A stretch of 64,000 nt of DNA from a virus (taxonomy: Duplodnaviria; Caudoviricetes), in IMG/VR virus record IMGVR_UViG_3300037400_004093, positions 2,591-66,590 of that record, one strand, 5' to 3'. Position 1 is the stretch's first letter. The number at the start of each line of letters is the position of its first letter. The position numbers and the translations under genes were made by a program. Positions 49,058 to 58,804 of the stretch are shown in pieces. A model generated the notes under the pieces. That model worked only from the letters and a program-made list of their open reading frames with translations, had not been told where the DNA came from and ran no database searches.

Positions 49058-49918
49058 ATGTCATCAACACCTTTAGATAAAAGACCTACGTATACTCCAT
49101 TATTGAATACAAATAAAATAACTAGAACAGAAAATGGATATTCTGTTGGACAAACAACATTAAAAAGATATTATTCAGAAATTGACGCCGAAATCTATTT
49201 CGGCAACGAATATGTAGAAGATATAGATTACATAGAGTGGAGTATTAATGAAAGTACTATCCCATTATTTGGATATAATAGCTATACTTATGATGAAATA
49301 GCTAAAGGTTCGAGAATTATAAATGGTAGTTTTACGATAAATTTTACATCTCCTAACTATTTATTTCAGATAATTCAATCAGCACAAAATGTTGAAAATC
49401 TCATAACCAACATGAAGTCATATATGATAGAAGATAATTCTAGAGATAAAACATATATTAATACTTCATTGAATGGTATAGGTATTTCAGGAACTAATTC
49501 TGCTCCAATATATGATTATACTTTCGATATAGACATTATGTATGGACAAAATTCTGAATATGGTTCTCCTTGTCATGTAATTTTAAAAGGAGTTACTTTA
49601 TTAGGTTGTAACACAAAAGTTGGTGCATATGGAGGACCAGTTAAAGAAGCATATTCTTTTATCGCAAAAGATATTATTACAGATGGAGGTTCTTATGGTG
49701 AAGAAAATGCTGCTAAAGTAAACAATACTATAACTAATACAACTAACAGTGCAGAATATGATCCAGAGAATGAAGCTAACATAGTTTATAGAGGAGTTAA
49801 TAGTTCAGGATTAGTTGATCCAACAGAATCTCCAAAAAATTACTATACTACAGGAGATCCAATTATAGACGAACAATTAAAAGATTTTGATGAAATCGTA
49901 AATAGTTGGAAACGCTAA
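49058..49918 (+). CDS. tube-fold baseplate hub / tube initiator
   Basis: YYSEIDAEIYFG...IPLFGYNSY...KGSRIINGSFTINF, tube-like pattern. Confidence 0.6.
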   Translation: MSSTPLDKRPTYTPLLNTNKITRTENGYSVGQTTLKRYYSEIDAEIYFGNEYVEDIDYIEWSINESTIPLFGYNSYTYDEIAKGSRIINGSFTINFTSPNYLFQIIQSAQNVENLITNMKSYMIEDNSRDKTYINTSLNGIGISGTNSAPIYDYTFDIDIMYGQNSEYGSPCHVILKGVTLLGCNTKVGAYGGPVKEAYSFIAKDIITDGGSYGEENAAKVNNTITNTTNSAEYDPENEANIVYRGVNSSGLVDPTESPKNYYTTGDPIIDEQLKDFDEIVNSWKR

Positions 49919-49986
49919 ATATATGCGTAATATATTATAGTATTAAAAATTTATTTATATATTTTTATTTTTCGGGAGGAAACAAA

Positions 49987-50316
49987 ATGAAAAAAAATGA
50001 CAATTTATTAAATGAGGAACAGATTCATGAATGGAAAGAGAAATATAAGAGAATCTGGAAGACGACTGTTGGTGAAAATACCATTATTTGGCGCAAACTT
50101 AGCCGTGCTGACTATAAAGAGATTATGACAGACAAAGATATTCTGGACAAAGATACTAAGATCTTTGATAGACAGGATCAAATCGTTGAAAAAGTAGCAT
50201 TATATCCAGATAATATTGTAGAATTAATTGAAGAAAATGGTGGTTTAGCTAGTACTGTAGCAGATAGAATCTTAGATGAATCTGGATTTAACTTAGACCA
50301 GACAGAGGAACTTTAA
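49987..50316 (+). CDS. tail assembly chaperone 1
   Basis: GGGAGG RBS; WKEKYKRIW...IIWRKLSRADYKEI; upstream of the TMP. Confidence 0.65.
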   Translation: MKKNDNLLNEEQIHEWKEKYKRIWKTTVGENTIIWRKLSRADYKEIMTDKDILDKDTKIFDRQDQIVEKVALYPDNIVELIEENGGLASTVADRILDESGFNLDQTEEL

Positions 50317-50321
50317 AAATT

Positions 50322-50870
50322 ATGGAGACTAAAAAGTTCAAACAAGTTGTAGCTTTTACTGGCGCTGGCATTAGTAAAGCTTCTGGCATTCCGACTTTTA
50401 AAGATACTCCTGGCTTAAAAGAAAAATTATCTAGCTGGTATAGAGAAAATTATCCAAAAGATTTCAACAAGGCTTATGATGACATGAAAAACGTTATGAA
50501 AGATAAAGAGCCGAATGATGCTCATTATGCTTTAGCAGAATATGATATCCCAATAATTACGATGAATGTAGATGGATTACATCAAAAAGCTGGCTCTAAG
50601 ATAGTTTATGATATTCATGGAGATGTTGAAAAAGATAATGTAGTTTTATATGGTCAAAATGTACATCATTTTGAAGAATGCTTTGAACTACTAAATAATT
50701 ATAGTTTTGGAGGACCTACTGCATTTTTAGTTATAGGTACATCTTTAGAAACAGAAATGGCTAGAACTTTAATTGACTATGCTATTGGATCCAATATGTA
50801 TGTTGCATATATAATGAGCAATGCAGAAACGAGAGTGAGGGATTGGCTTGTTAAAAATTACGAACGATGA
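50322..50870 (+). CDS. minimal Sir2/sirtuin-family protein lacking the Zn-binding module
   Basis: TGAGISKASGIPTF, TMNVDGLHQKAG, HG and GTSL motifs; no Cys4 between HG and NVVLYG. Confidence 0.85.
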   Translation: METKKFKQVVAFTGAGISKASGIPTFKDTPGLKEKLSSWYRENYPKDFNKAYDDMKNVMKDKEPNDAHYALAEYDIPIITMNVDGLHQKAGSKIVYDIHGDVEKDNVVLYGQNVHHFEECFELLNNYSFGGPTAFLVIGTSLETEMARTLIDYAIGSNMYVAYIMSNAETRVRDWLVKNYER

Positions 50871-51693
50871 CTCTGCGAAAAAGAGAGTCGATATTTACGA
50901 ATTAATTGTAGGTTTCAAAAAGAAATACAGAAATGTGTTTATATATGAAGTTGACGGCGAAATTTTTATTTATAGATCATTAGGTCGTAAAGAATATAGA
51001 GATATATTATCTGATAATAGATTTAACGACTTTGAAAAAGAAGAATTAATCTGTGATACTTGTCTTCTTTATCCTGATCCTGATAGTTTTGACTGGGACA
51101 GTGTAGATGCCGGTATTCCTACAGAATTAATGAAAGCTATTAGAAAAAATTCGTATTTGGATGATAAAAAGAGCAGACGTTCTATATTAGATTTTTATCG
51201 CTCTGAAATGTATGATTTAGATAATCAGATTACTTGCATTATCAATGAGGCTTTCCCTCAATTTGACATTGAGGAGATAGATGAATGGGACGTCGAGCGT
51301 TCCATGAAATATCTTACTCGCGCAGAATGGAAATTAGCTAATTTAAGAGGATTACAGTTTAAGGAAGCAGATGGAGAATTCTATGGAGAAGAAGCAGAAG
51401 AAGAAATCCCAAGACAGCAAAACTACTCACAAGAACCAGTCACAGAAGAAATTTATGAAAACATTCCTCCAGAAATTCCACCTCAGCCCCCACAGCAAAC
51501 AAATACGAATATGAGAGGTGGCAACAAGGCTAATAAGCTTACACCTGATAAAATGAAAGAGCGTGAAGAGTTTTTACGTAAATTCCCAGAGTTTGCAGGC
51601 TTACAAGATTACGGAATGCTTGGAGAGGAAGGACTTGCACAAGAAGGAGTAGACTCAGATCCTGCTGCTTTAAGACTTGGTGGAAGTTGGTAA
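50848..51693 (+). CDS. tail assembly chaperone 2 (paralog of chaperone 1 plus extension)
   Basis: FKKKYRNVF...FIYRSLGRKEYRDI matches chaperone 1. Confidence 0.65.
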   Translation: MLKITNDDSAKKRVDIYELIVGFKKKYRNVFIYEVDGEIFIYRSLGRKEYRDILSDNRFNDFEKEELICDTCLLYPDPDSFDWDSVDAGIPTELMKAIRKNSYLDDKKSRRSILDFYRSEMYDLDNQITCIINEAFPQFDIEEIDEWDVERSMKYLTRAEWKLANLRGLQFKEADGEFYGEEAEEEIPRQQNYSQEPVTEEIYENIPPEIPPQPPQQTNTNMRGGNKANKLTPDKMKEREEFLRKFPEFAGLQDYGMLGEEGLAQEGVDSDPAALRLGGSW

Positions 51694-51699
51694 TTGAAC

Positions 51700-51810
51700 A
51701 TGAAGAAATGGAATCAATTAATAGATATTATTTTTAGTTTGAACAAAATGGATGTAACAATATTATCTTTTAGCTTAATGGGTATTATCCTATTGATTTT
51801 TAATAGCTAA
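51700..51810 (+). CDS. possible 36-aa membrane peptide
   Basis: MKKWNQLIDIIFSLNKMDVTILSFSLMGIILLIFNS; below the ORF-track cutoff, weak RBS. Confidence 0.3.
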   Translation: MKKWNQLIDIIFSLNKMDVTILSFSLMGIILLIFNS

Positions 51811-51890
51811 ATATTTATATAGAGAAAAAGCAGATATACTTATATGTGTATCTGCTTTATTTAATATGGAGATGAAGGAGTTATAAAATA

Positions 51891-54800
51891 ATGGCGAGAG
51901 AAGAAGATGAACGCGCAAAACGCAAAAAAGATAAAGGAAGAAAAGATAACGAGTCATTATCTAGACGCCATTTAAGCGATGATGATAACTCAAGAAATCA
52001 AATGCTAAAAAAAGGATTAGCAGGAGCAGCAGTTGGTGTTGGATCTGCAATTCTTTTACATAGAACTGGAGCTATTAAGAGTTTATCTGATAATTTAAAT
52101 GTCGCTCATAAATTCTTAAAAAATGACGTAGGCAGAACTCTTAAAAGACACGCAAATTATAATTTAACTATTGATGACGTAAGACAAGCATCAAGTGAAT
52201 TAAAACAGGCTTGGATAAAAAGAAGAAATGAAGCAAATGGTCCTTTGAAAATAAATCCATATAAAAGCGGTGGTTTTGCAGGAGTATTGTCTCAAACTAT
52301 AAATGCAGCTAATAATAACGATTATGCCTTTAAGTATTTTAAGAGTAAAGACGTTATTGCTCCAGCATTAAATGAGTATGTAACAAAATATCATAATAAT
52401 GGATCCAATAATAAGTTTAATAAATTTGAAAAGTTTATTAATTATGTCGCAGAAAATCACAAAGATCAACTTCATTTGACTAAAGCTAAAACTCGTTTAA
52501 AAATCCAGAATGATGATGAATTAAACGCGGCAAATGAATTAATAGATTTTATTCAGCAACGTATGGAAAATGATGCGTTAAAGAAAGAATCTATTAAAGA
52601 AATGAGAACTGCAGCTAAGAATTCTCAAGACATGTTAATGCATGATTTAGATTATGTAGCTAAAAGATATGGCGAAGAATCTAAAAATTTTGGAGAAAAA
52701 ACACAAGATTTCTTATATGGAGATAGAGCTGCGACAATAGGAGATATCTTAGATAACAAAGATAAAGTTGACTTAGGTGTTCTAACTTTAAATAAAAAGA
52801 ATCAGAATGGTCGTAAAACTACAGGTCAAAAAGATTTTATCGAATATCTGCAAGAAATGCAGAATGAATATGAGAAACAAGGACAAGAAGCTCTTGAAAG
52901 ATTTCGTAATATAAAATTTGACGATGGCACCACAAGAATAAGTATAGATGGAGAATTGTATAGTAGTCAATATGCAAAAGAAGCAAAACAAGATTTTATT
53001 AAATTTGCAGCTGGCACATTGCCAGGTAAAATCTTTAAAATGCGTTCTTTTGAAGATAATGCTCCTAAATTTAACTTTATAGCTCAAGGTTCTCATGATC
53101 CAACTTTTGCTGCTATATCTAATCCTAATAGTCTGTCTAATAAAAATAATGGTGAAATTCCTAAAGTTGTTGACAGTAGCTATGTTAGATTAGGAGATGA
53201 TTTCTTCGAAATAACTGACGTTACGAAAAGAAAAATAAAAGATAGTACAGGACAAGAGATAGAACAAGATTATGCATTAAAATATAGAGAAGATCTAGAA
53301 GACTTAGTAGCTGTATCTTCAAGATTTGGTTTCCAACCAAGAATGACTAAATATTTAGCTGGAGATGTAGGATATAGTGAAAGTTCTAATCCTATAAAAA
53401 GATGGCTCGATATTGGTCAGGATAATGAAAAACAACATAATAACAGTATATTAAGTGTATTTACCAAATATAATGATCCAACATATATTGAGAATGTATT
53501 AGACGAATTAACAGATCCTTCAAAAGGTAGACAAAATAAGTTAGCGACTGGATATCTATTAAAAGACGTCATAAAACAAGAAAAAGCTGATAGCGCTTCT
53601 TATTTAACGGATTATGATAGATATATTGGAAGGCAGTATGCTGTAGAATATCAAGAAGCAATAGACAGAGCCCAAAAATATATCAGAAAAAACACATATG
53701 AATTAGGCTATGAGACTTTAAATAACTTAGAAAATAATACAACTGGTACCGCTAAAGACATATTTAAAGCATTAAATCAATATGATAACGAAGAATTATT
53801 GCAGTATGTGATGCAAACTTCTACTAAGAAGACATTCGTAAACAAAGATTTAGAAGCAATGATTAGCCGTTTCAGAAATGATCCTAACAATGCTTATAAT
53901 ATGCTTTATTTAAAAACAGATAGTAGTCGTCTCAGTTTAGAAGGTGGAGCTTTATCTAATTTAGTAAGTCCTGAATATGTAAATGAAGGTGCCGATTTCT
54001 TTAGTTTACTAAGGACAGAATTAGGAAAAGAAGGTTTTTTACAGCATGTCGCTGATAATACTAAGTCTGGAGAAAATACTAATTGGCAATCATTATTAGA
54101 TTTATTAGACAATGTAAAGACAGAGACAAAGGAGGATAAAAACACAAAAGCTTTGTCTCTCTTTGCAATGTTCCAAACTAAGACCAAAATAAACGAGAAT
54201 ATTGGCGATGATCTAGAAGATGTATGGTCTCAAATACAGTCAATGGATAGCATTATGTCTCAAAGCACAAGCAAGGAAGATATTGCTTTTAGAGATATGT
54301 TTGCAGACATGAGAAATGAAGTGCATAATCCTCTTGAAACTAGAGGAGAAATGGATGAAGATTTTGCTTCTCCTATGCATTATAATACTTATACTTATCA
54401 AAGAAAAGTTGCTACTCCTTTAGATTTAATTACCAATATTAATGATAGCGTAAAATTAGGACGTAATTTTAATACAATGTTTGGTCAATTTACGGCAGGA
54501 AGAGATGATATGTCTAATGTGACTGCCGTAACGCAAAGTTTGTTATTTGCCGGACAAAGAATGTCCGATGCCTTAAATACATTTGACTTAGGTTTTTCTA
54601 TTGATTCTACTAAGAGTGTCTTTGACTTATACAGTTCTTTTATGACTAAAAGAGTTATGCCTGTAGCATTAGGTATAACTTATGCAGAATGGCTAGATGA
54701 TACAGTTGATGCGGCTACTGGACAATCTATTTCTGGAGCAATGGCAAATGGCTTAGCTAATGTAGATTTAGCCGGCAGAAAAGTATTAGATACATTCGGT

Positions 54801-57800
54801 CTTACTCAAACGTTAAAAGACCAAATGCTTATAAATCCAATTATGCAATACTGGGGCGATACTTTTGGCGGCGATTATGATAAGACAAATTTCGATAGCT
54901 ATGATGAACGTAAGAAATATTATGAAACTGGCTATACTGCTATGCGAAAAGATCCGTGGTGGACTTTTGGTGGTGTTCAAGAAGCTAGAGGCAGTCAGAT
55001 AGAATATTGGGCGCCAACTTTCAATCGAAGAATCAATAGTGATTACTATGATAAATCTATGTATGATGGGTACTTCGATAAATGGAGCCATAGCCTTGTA
55101 CCTACTCCTATTAATCCTATATCTCCATTAATAGGTTTGTTAGACCCATATTGGTTAGAAGAAAAACATTCTGAAGATAGACCTTATCCTATAAGTGGTT
55201 CTATGTTTCAAGAAAATACTCCTTGGGGCGCAATTTTAAATCCTACAATTGGAGAAATAATTAAACCGCAAAAAGAATTGCATGATTGGCGTTTACGTAA
55301 TGGCGTAGATATAAAAGCTGCATTGTATGCGTTAAATGAATCAATTAAAGATAAAGCTAAAGATTTAGGAGCTCAAAATATTATTGCTATAAAGGGCAAT
55401 GATGTACAAGCGATGAGATTCTCTGCTTTTAATGCGCCAACAGAAGATACTAAAGTTGCTACATATACTTATAATCCTGCAAATAATAATGGATTAAATG
55501 GACCCGAAGAATTAACTCAAACTTATGGAGTATATGAAGATACTTATAACCCTGTCGTTAATTCTGATATAACAGCAGAAGCTTTGTTATCCAGAAATAC
55601 GGATTCTTTTGTCGATAATAGTAGAACTTTAATAAAATCATATTTAGGATTAGGACCATCGTTAGAATCACCTGATGGCAGTGGCACTGTTAATGGCAAT
55701 TTAGGCTATTCAGATAATGGCAGATTATTATCAGGAGAGCATATCGGTAATGTAACAGATTCTTATGGTAGAGAAAAAGGTGTTGTCGCCGCAAGAAATT
55801 CCAAACCTTTAACTTTGGATCAAATAAAAGATGTATCTCAGTTAGATGTAGGCAATGAATTATTAGCCCAATCATATATTGCTATGTCTGGTGAGGCAAG
55901 TATTGATGATGAAGAAGATACATACAGAGACAGATTTTTAGGCAAACTAGCTAGAAAATACAATGTAAAGACTTTAAATATATTAAAACAACATAATGTC
56001 GATATCAAAAATAAAGCTAAATATGGAGCTAATGGAACTTTCGATGAAGATCAAGGAATATTATCAGCCGAAAAATTAAGTACTTTTAGACCTTCTCAAT
56101 CTATGGATTTACTAAATGATCCAGATATGGTTAGTGAATTAATAAATAAAGGCAAAGGTGCTGATTTCGTTAAAGAAGCTACTAGTTCTGCTAGATTATT
56201 AGGCGGTATTTATGGCTACATGGGGTCTGAGGCTATCGGCTTAGGAGTATATAGAGATAAAGAACTTGCAACTTCTCAAGATATGACTTCTTATAGTAGA
56301 ACTTTCTGGGATTCACGCATTGGCGGTTTTGGCGGCGATATCATGGAAATTGCCCGTCGTTTTATTCCTACTTATAATAGAAGTAATAAGTTAAATCCAT
56401 TAATGAATAATATGCCAGATTGGTTACCGGAAAGATTTAGATTTGGTGATCCATATACAGCCATTACAAATGGAGAAATGAGATTGCCGGGAAAAGGCTG
56501 GGAATCACTCAATGAGAAACACTCTGATGCTTACGGCGATTACGGTGCCTTCGATAGGTTTAAAATCTTAGCAGATATAGCCCCTGGTTCTGCTGAATAT
56601 AAATTATGGAGAGATATAGCTAAGAAAACAGTATATGATCCAGAATTAATAGACGAGATGGATGATATAAGAAAAAGAGTAAACCAGCAAGGCAAAAAAC
56701 ATGATTTTTATAACTATAATTTGGTCGGCAGAGGGTTAGTATATGACAATGTCGTAGTTTCTGAAGTATTAGGTTATGGTAAATTTAGATCGGGTTCTAC
56801 TATATATAAAGTAGCTGGAGCAACTGTTACTACAGACGGTGAACATTCTATGGCTGATACTTTAGGTCAATATATTCATCCTGGGCAAACTGTTACCGTA
56901 GCAGTAGATGAAGATCCATCTTACAGACAAAATAGAGATACTTCTCAATCTGTTAATGCTGCAGTATACGTAGATGGAGAAAATCTTGCTGAACAAATGA
57001 TAGAAATGGGCGATGCTAAAAGAAAAGCCAATGATAATTCTGCTCCCGCTTTATTAGGTCGTATTGGAACGGCACAACAAATGGTTGGTTGGGTGTCAGA
57101 AAAAATTGCTCATCTGGATTTACCTTGGATTAGCGATCAGTTCTTAAGAGTTCGTTCTCCTTTAGAAGCTTATAAGGCAGAAGAAGTATATGGTAATGAA
57201 TATCAATCTTGGTCTCATCCTATAGATACTATGCTCTTACCAGCTTTTGAAAGAGCTATACACGAAAATAATTTCATCAAACCTTTATTAAGAGAAGCTT
57301 TTGTTAATATAACTAATAGCCCAAAATCATATTCCGCTATGGAAAAACATCTTGCTACAGTAATGTTTGGATTAGGTGACAGAGGTGCATTTATAGGCGG
57401 AGCTTTAGGCGGTTTAGTTAAAATAGCTGGAGGCAATGGTAATATCGTAAGAAATATGATGATAGGAGGGAGCTTGCTAACCTCAACGGCACATTTCTTC
57501 ACTGGTGGTAATAGTTATGCTGATGAAATGATGTCTGGTGCAGCATTAGGATTAAGAGTAGCTGAATTCTTAGATAATAAACGAGGAACAAATGAACTCA
57601 TATCTAGTGCTATGAATGGTACAGACATTAAAGACATAGTCAAGAAAAACAAAAAGTTAGCTTTAGGAGCTGCAATTGGTGCTGGTATCGGTGCTATATA
57701 TAGAACATTATCTGGAAATGCAGGACATGATTGGAAACCAGAACGAACATTAAAACGCTGGGAAATGGAAGATTACTTTGATAGGCTCACATATTTAAAA

Positions 57801-58682
57801 TATATGGGTTTATATCATGCTGCTGCCGAAAAAGCAAAAGATGAAGAAGGCGTAGATGTTGAAGACTTGATGGATATGCAAGATAAAAGGAAAAATGCTA
57901 TCCAAAGAGCAATGGCTAGTCTTAATAAACTAAAGACGGCATTAAAACGTTCAAACCGTGGCGTCATGAATGATGAAAAAAATGAAATCATTTCGGATAT
58001 TAACAAACGTCTTAATATATTAGATGAAGATACTACTATAATAAAAGGCGGTAAATGGACACATTCTGCTATTATATATAAACAAGCTGCAGAATCAACG
58101 ATGTATGGCTTAGACCAAAATTCTAGCTGGTCACAGATAATGTCTGCATTACCTCGACAGGACAAAGAATTCTTTATGGAATTTGTAAAAGAAAGAAATC
58201 CAGATAAAAGAAGAGAAATATTAGAATTTGTATCTCCAGCTTTAAAGAAAGCTTTATCTATATCATGGCATATGGATAAACCAGATACAGAAAGTAACGA
58301 AGAATTCTTTAAGCAGCATAAGTTACCTTCCGCTAAATGGGAAGGTTGGCATCCTGATATTAATTTAGATGACGTAGAAATGAAAGTAATTCAAAATGAA
58401 GGTATGATGTTATCTGACTTTGGTTTTTATGAAAATCAAGCAAGAGAAGCTAAAGTTATTAATGCTCCTGATATAGATTATCATTCTACGGATAACACTT
58501 TGTCTATGAGAAACAATATGAGAAAGATATTAAGTGGACGAGGTTTAAAAGACGTCGAAATTAATGTAACGGAAGTAAATAATGTAAGTACTACTCAGAT
58601 CATAACAGATATAAAAAGATATACGGGATTTGAAGAGAGACAAAGAATGGTTAATGAATCATTAGAAGAACAAACTGCGTGA
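51891..58682 (+). CDS. tape-measure-like giant virion protein with an SNase-like segment
   Basis: 2263 aa after the chaperones; hydrophobic Gly/Ala helices; TVTVAVDED...AAVYVDGENLAEQMIEMGDA. Confidence 0.65.
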   Translation: MAREEDERAKRKKDKGRKDNESLSRRHLSDDDNSRNQMLKKGLAGAAVGVGSAILLHRTGAIKSLSDNLNVAHKFLKNDVGRTLKRHANYNLTIDDVRQASSELKQAWIKRRNEANGPLKINPYKSGGFAGVLSQTINAANNNDYAFKYFKSKDVIAPALNEYVTKYHNNGSNNKFNKFEKFINYVAENHKDQLHLTKAKTRLKIQNDDELNAANELIDFIQQRMENDALKKESIKEMRTAAKNSQDMLMHDLDYVAKRYGEESKNFGEKTQDFLYGDRAATIGDILDNKDKVDLGVLTLNKKNQNGRKTTGQKDFIEYLQEMQNEYEKQGQEALERFRNIKFDDGTTRISIDGELYSSQYAKEAKQDFIKFAAGTLPGKIFKMRSFEDNAPKFNFIAQGSHDPTFAAISNPNSLSNKNNGEIPKVVDSSYVRLGDDFFEITDVTKRKIKDSTGQEIEQDYALKYREDLEDLVAVSSRFGFQPRMTKYLAGDVGYSESSNPIKRWLDIGQDNEKQHNNSILSVFTKYNDPTYIENVLDELTDPSKGRQNKLATGYLLKDVIKQEKADSASYLTDYDRYIGRQYAVEYQEAIDRAQKYIRKNTYELGYETLNNLENNTTGTAKDIFKALNQYDNEELLQYVMQTSTKKTFVNKDLEAMISRFRNDPNNAYNMLYLKTDSSRLSLEGGALSNLVSPEYVNEGADFFSLLRTELGKEGFLQHVADNTKSGENTNWQSLLDLLDNVKTETKEDKNTKALSLFAMFQTKTKINENIGDDLEDVWSQIQSMDSIMSQSTSKEDIAFRDMFADMRNEVHNPLETRGEMDEDFASPMHYNTYTYQRKVATPLDLITNINDSVKLGRNFNTMFGQFTAGRDDMSNVTAVTQSLLFAGQRMSDALNTFDLGFSIDSTKSVFDLYSSFMTKRVMPVALGITYAEWLDDTVDAATGQSISGAMANGLANVDLAGRKVLDTFGLTQTLKDQMLINPIMQYWGDTFGGDYDKTNFDSYDERKKYYETGYTAMRKDPWWTFGGVQEARGSQIEYWAPTFNRRINSDYYDKSMYDGYFDKWSHSLVPTPINPISPLIGLLDPYWLEEKHSEDRPYPISGSMFQENTPWGAILNPTIGEIIKPQKELHDWRLRNGVDIKAALYALNESIKDKAKDLGAQNIIAIKGNDVQAMRFSAFNAPTEDTKVATYTYNPANNNGLNGPEELTQTYGVYEDTYNPVVNSDITAEALLSRNTDSFVDNSRTLIKSYLGLGPSLESPDGSGTVNGNLGYSDNGRLLSGEHIGNVTDSYGREKGVVAARNSKPLTLDQIKDVSQLDVGNELLAQSYIAMSGEASIDDEEDTYRDRFLGKLARKYNVKTLNILKQHNVDIKNKAKYGANGTFDEDQGILSAEKLSTFRPSQSMDLLNDPDMVSELINKGKGADFVKEATSSARLLGGIYGYMGSEAIGLGVYRDKELATSQDMTSYSRTFWDSRIGGFGGDIMEIARRFIPTYNRSNKLNPLMNNMPDWLPERFRFGDPYTAITNGEMRLPGKGWESLNEKHSDAYGDYGAFDRFKILADIAPGSAEYKLWRDIAKKTVYDPELIDEMDDIRKRVNQQGKKHDFYNYNLVGRGLVYDNVVVSEVLGYGKFRSGSTIYKVAGATVTTDGEHSMADTLGQYIHPGQTVTVAVDEDPSYRQNRDTSQSVNAAVYVDGENLAEQMIEMGDAKRKANDNSAPALLGRIGTAQQMVGWVSEKIAHLDLPWISDQFLRVRSPLEAYKAEEVYGNEYQSWSHPIDTMLLPAFERAIHENNFIKPLLREAFVNITNSPKSYSAMEKHLATVMFGLGDRGAFIGGALGGLVKIAGGNGNIVRNMMIGGSLLTSTAHFFTGGNSYADEMMSGAALGLRVAEFLDNKRGTNELISSAMNGTDIKDIVKKNKKLALGAAIGAGIGAIYRTLSGNAGHDWKPERTLKRWEMEDYFDRLTYLKYMGLYHAAAEKAKDEEGVDVEDLMDMQDKRKNAIQRAMASLNKLKTALKRSNRGVMNDEKNEIISDINKRLNILDEDTTIIKGGKWTHSAIIYKQAAESTMYGLDQNSSWSQIMSALPRQDKEFFMEFVKERNPDKRREILEFVSPALKKALSISWHMDKPDTESNEEFFKQHKLPSAKWEGWHPDINLDDVEMKVIQNEGMMLSDFGFYENQAREAKVINAPDIDYHSTDNTLSMRNNMRKILSGRGLKDVEINVTEVNNVSTTQIITDIKRYTGFEERQRMVNESLEEQTA

Positions 58683-58692
58683 ACATAAATAC

Positions 58693-58738
58693 TAAATAGT
58701 CGTTATTGCATTGAAAAACAATAATGACTATTTTTTTA
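58693..58738 (+). terminator. intrinsic terminator
   Basis: AAATAGTCGTTATTG/CAATAATGACTATTT stem plus T-run. Confidence 0.65.
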
Positions 58739-58804
58739 GGTAATTTATAGAATATATATTATAATTCGTTATAGATAAAATATTCGGGAGGATTAACATA
58801 TATA

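Noticed and set aside
50305-50325. Programmed -1 frameshift fusing chaperone 1 to Sir2 at CTTTAAAAA
   Set aside because: The TTTAAAA heptamer is not in the required reading phase; kept only as part of the direct-repeat observation.
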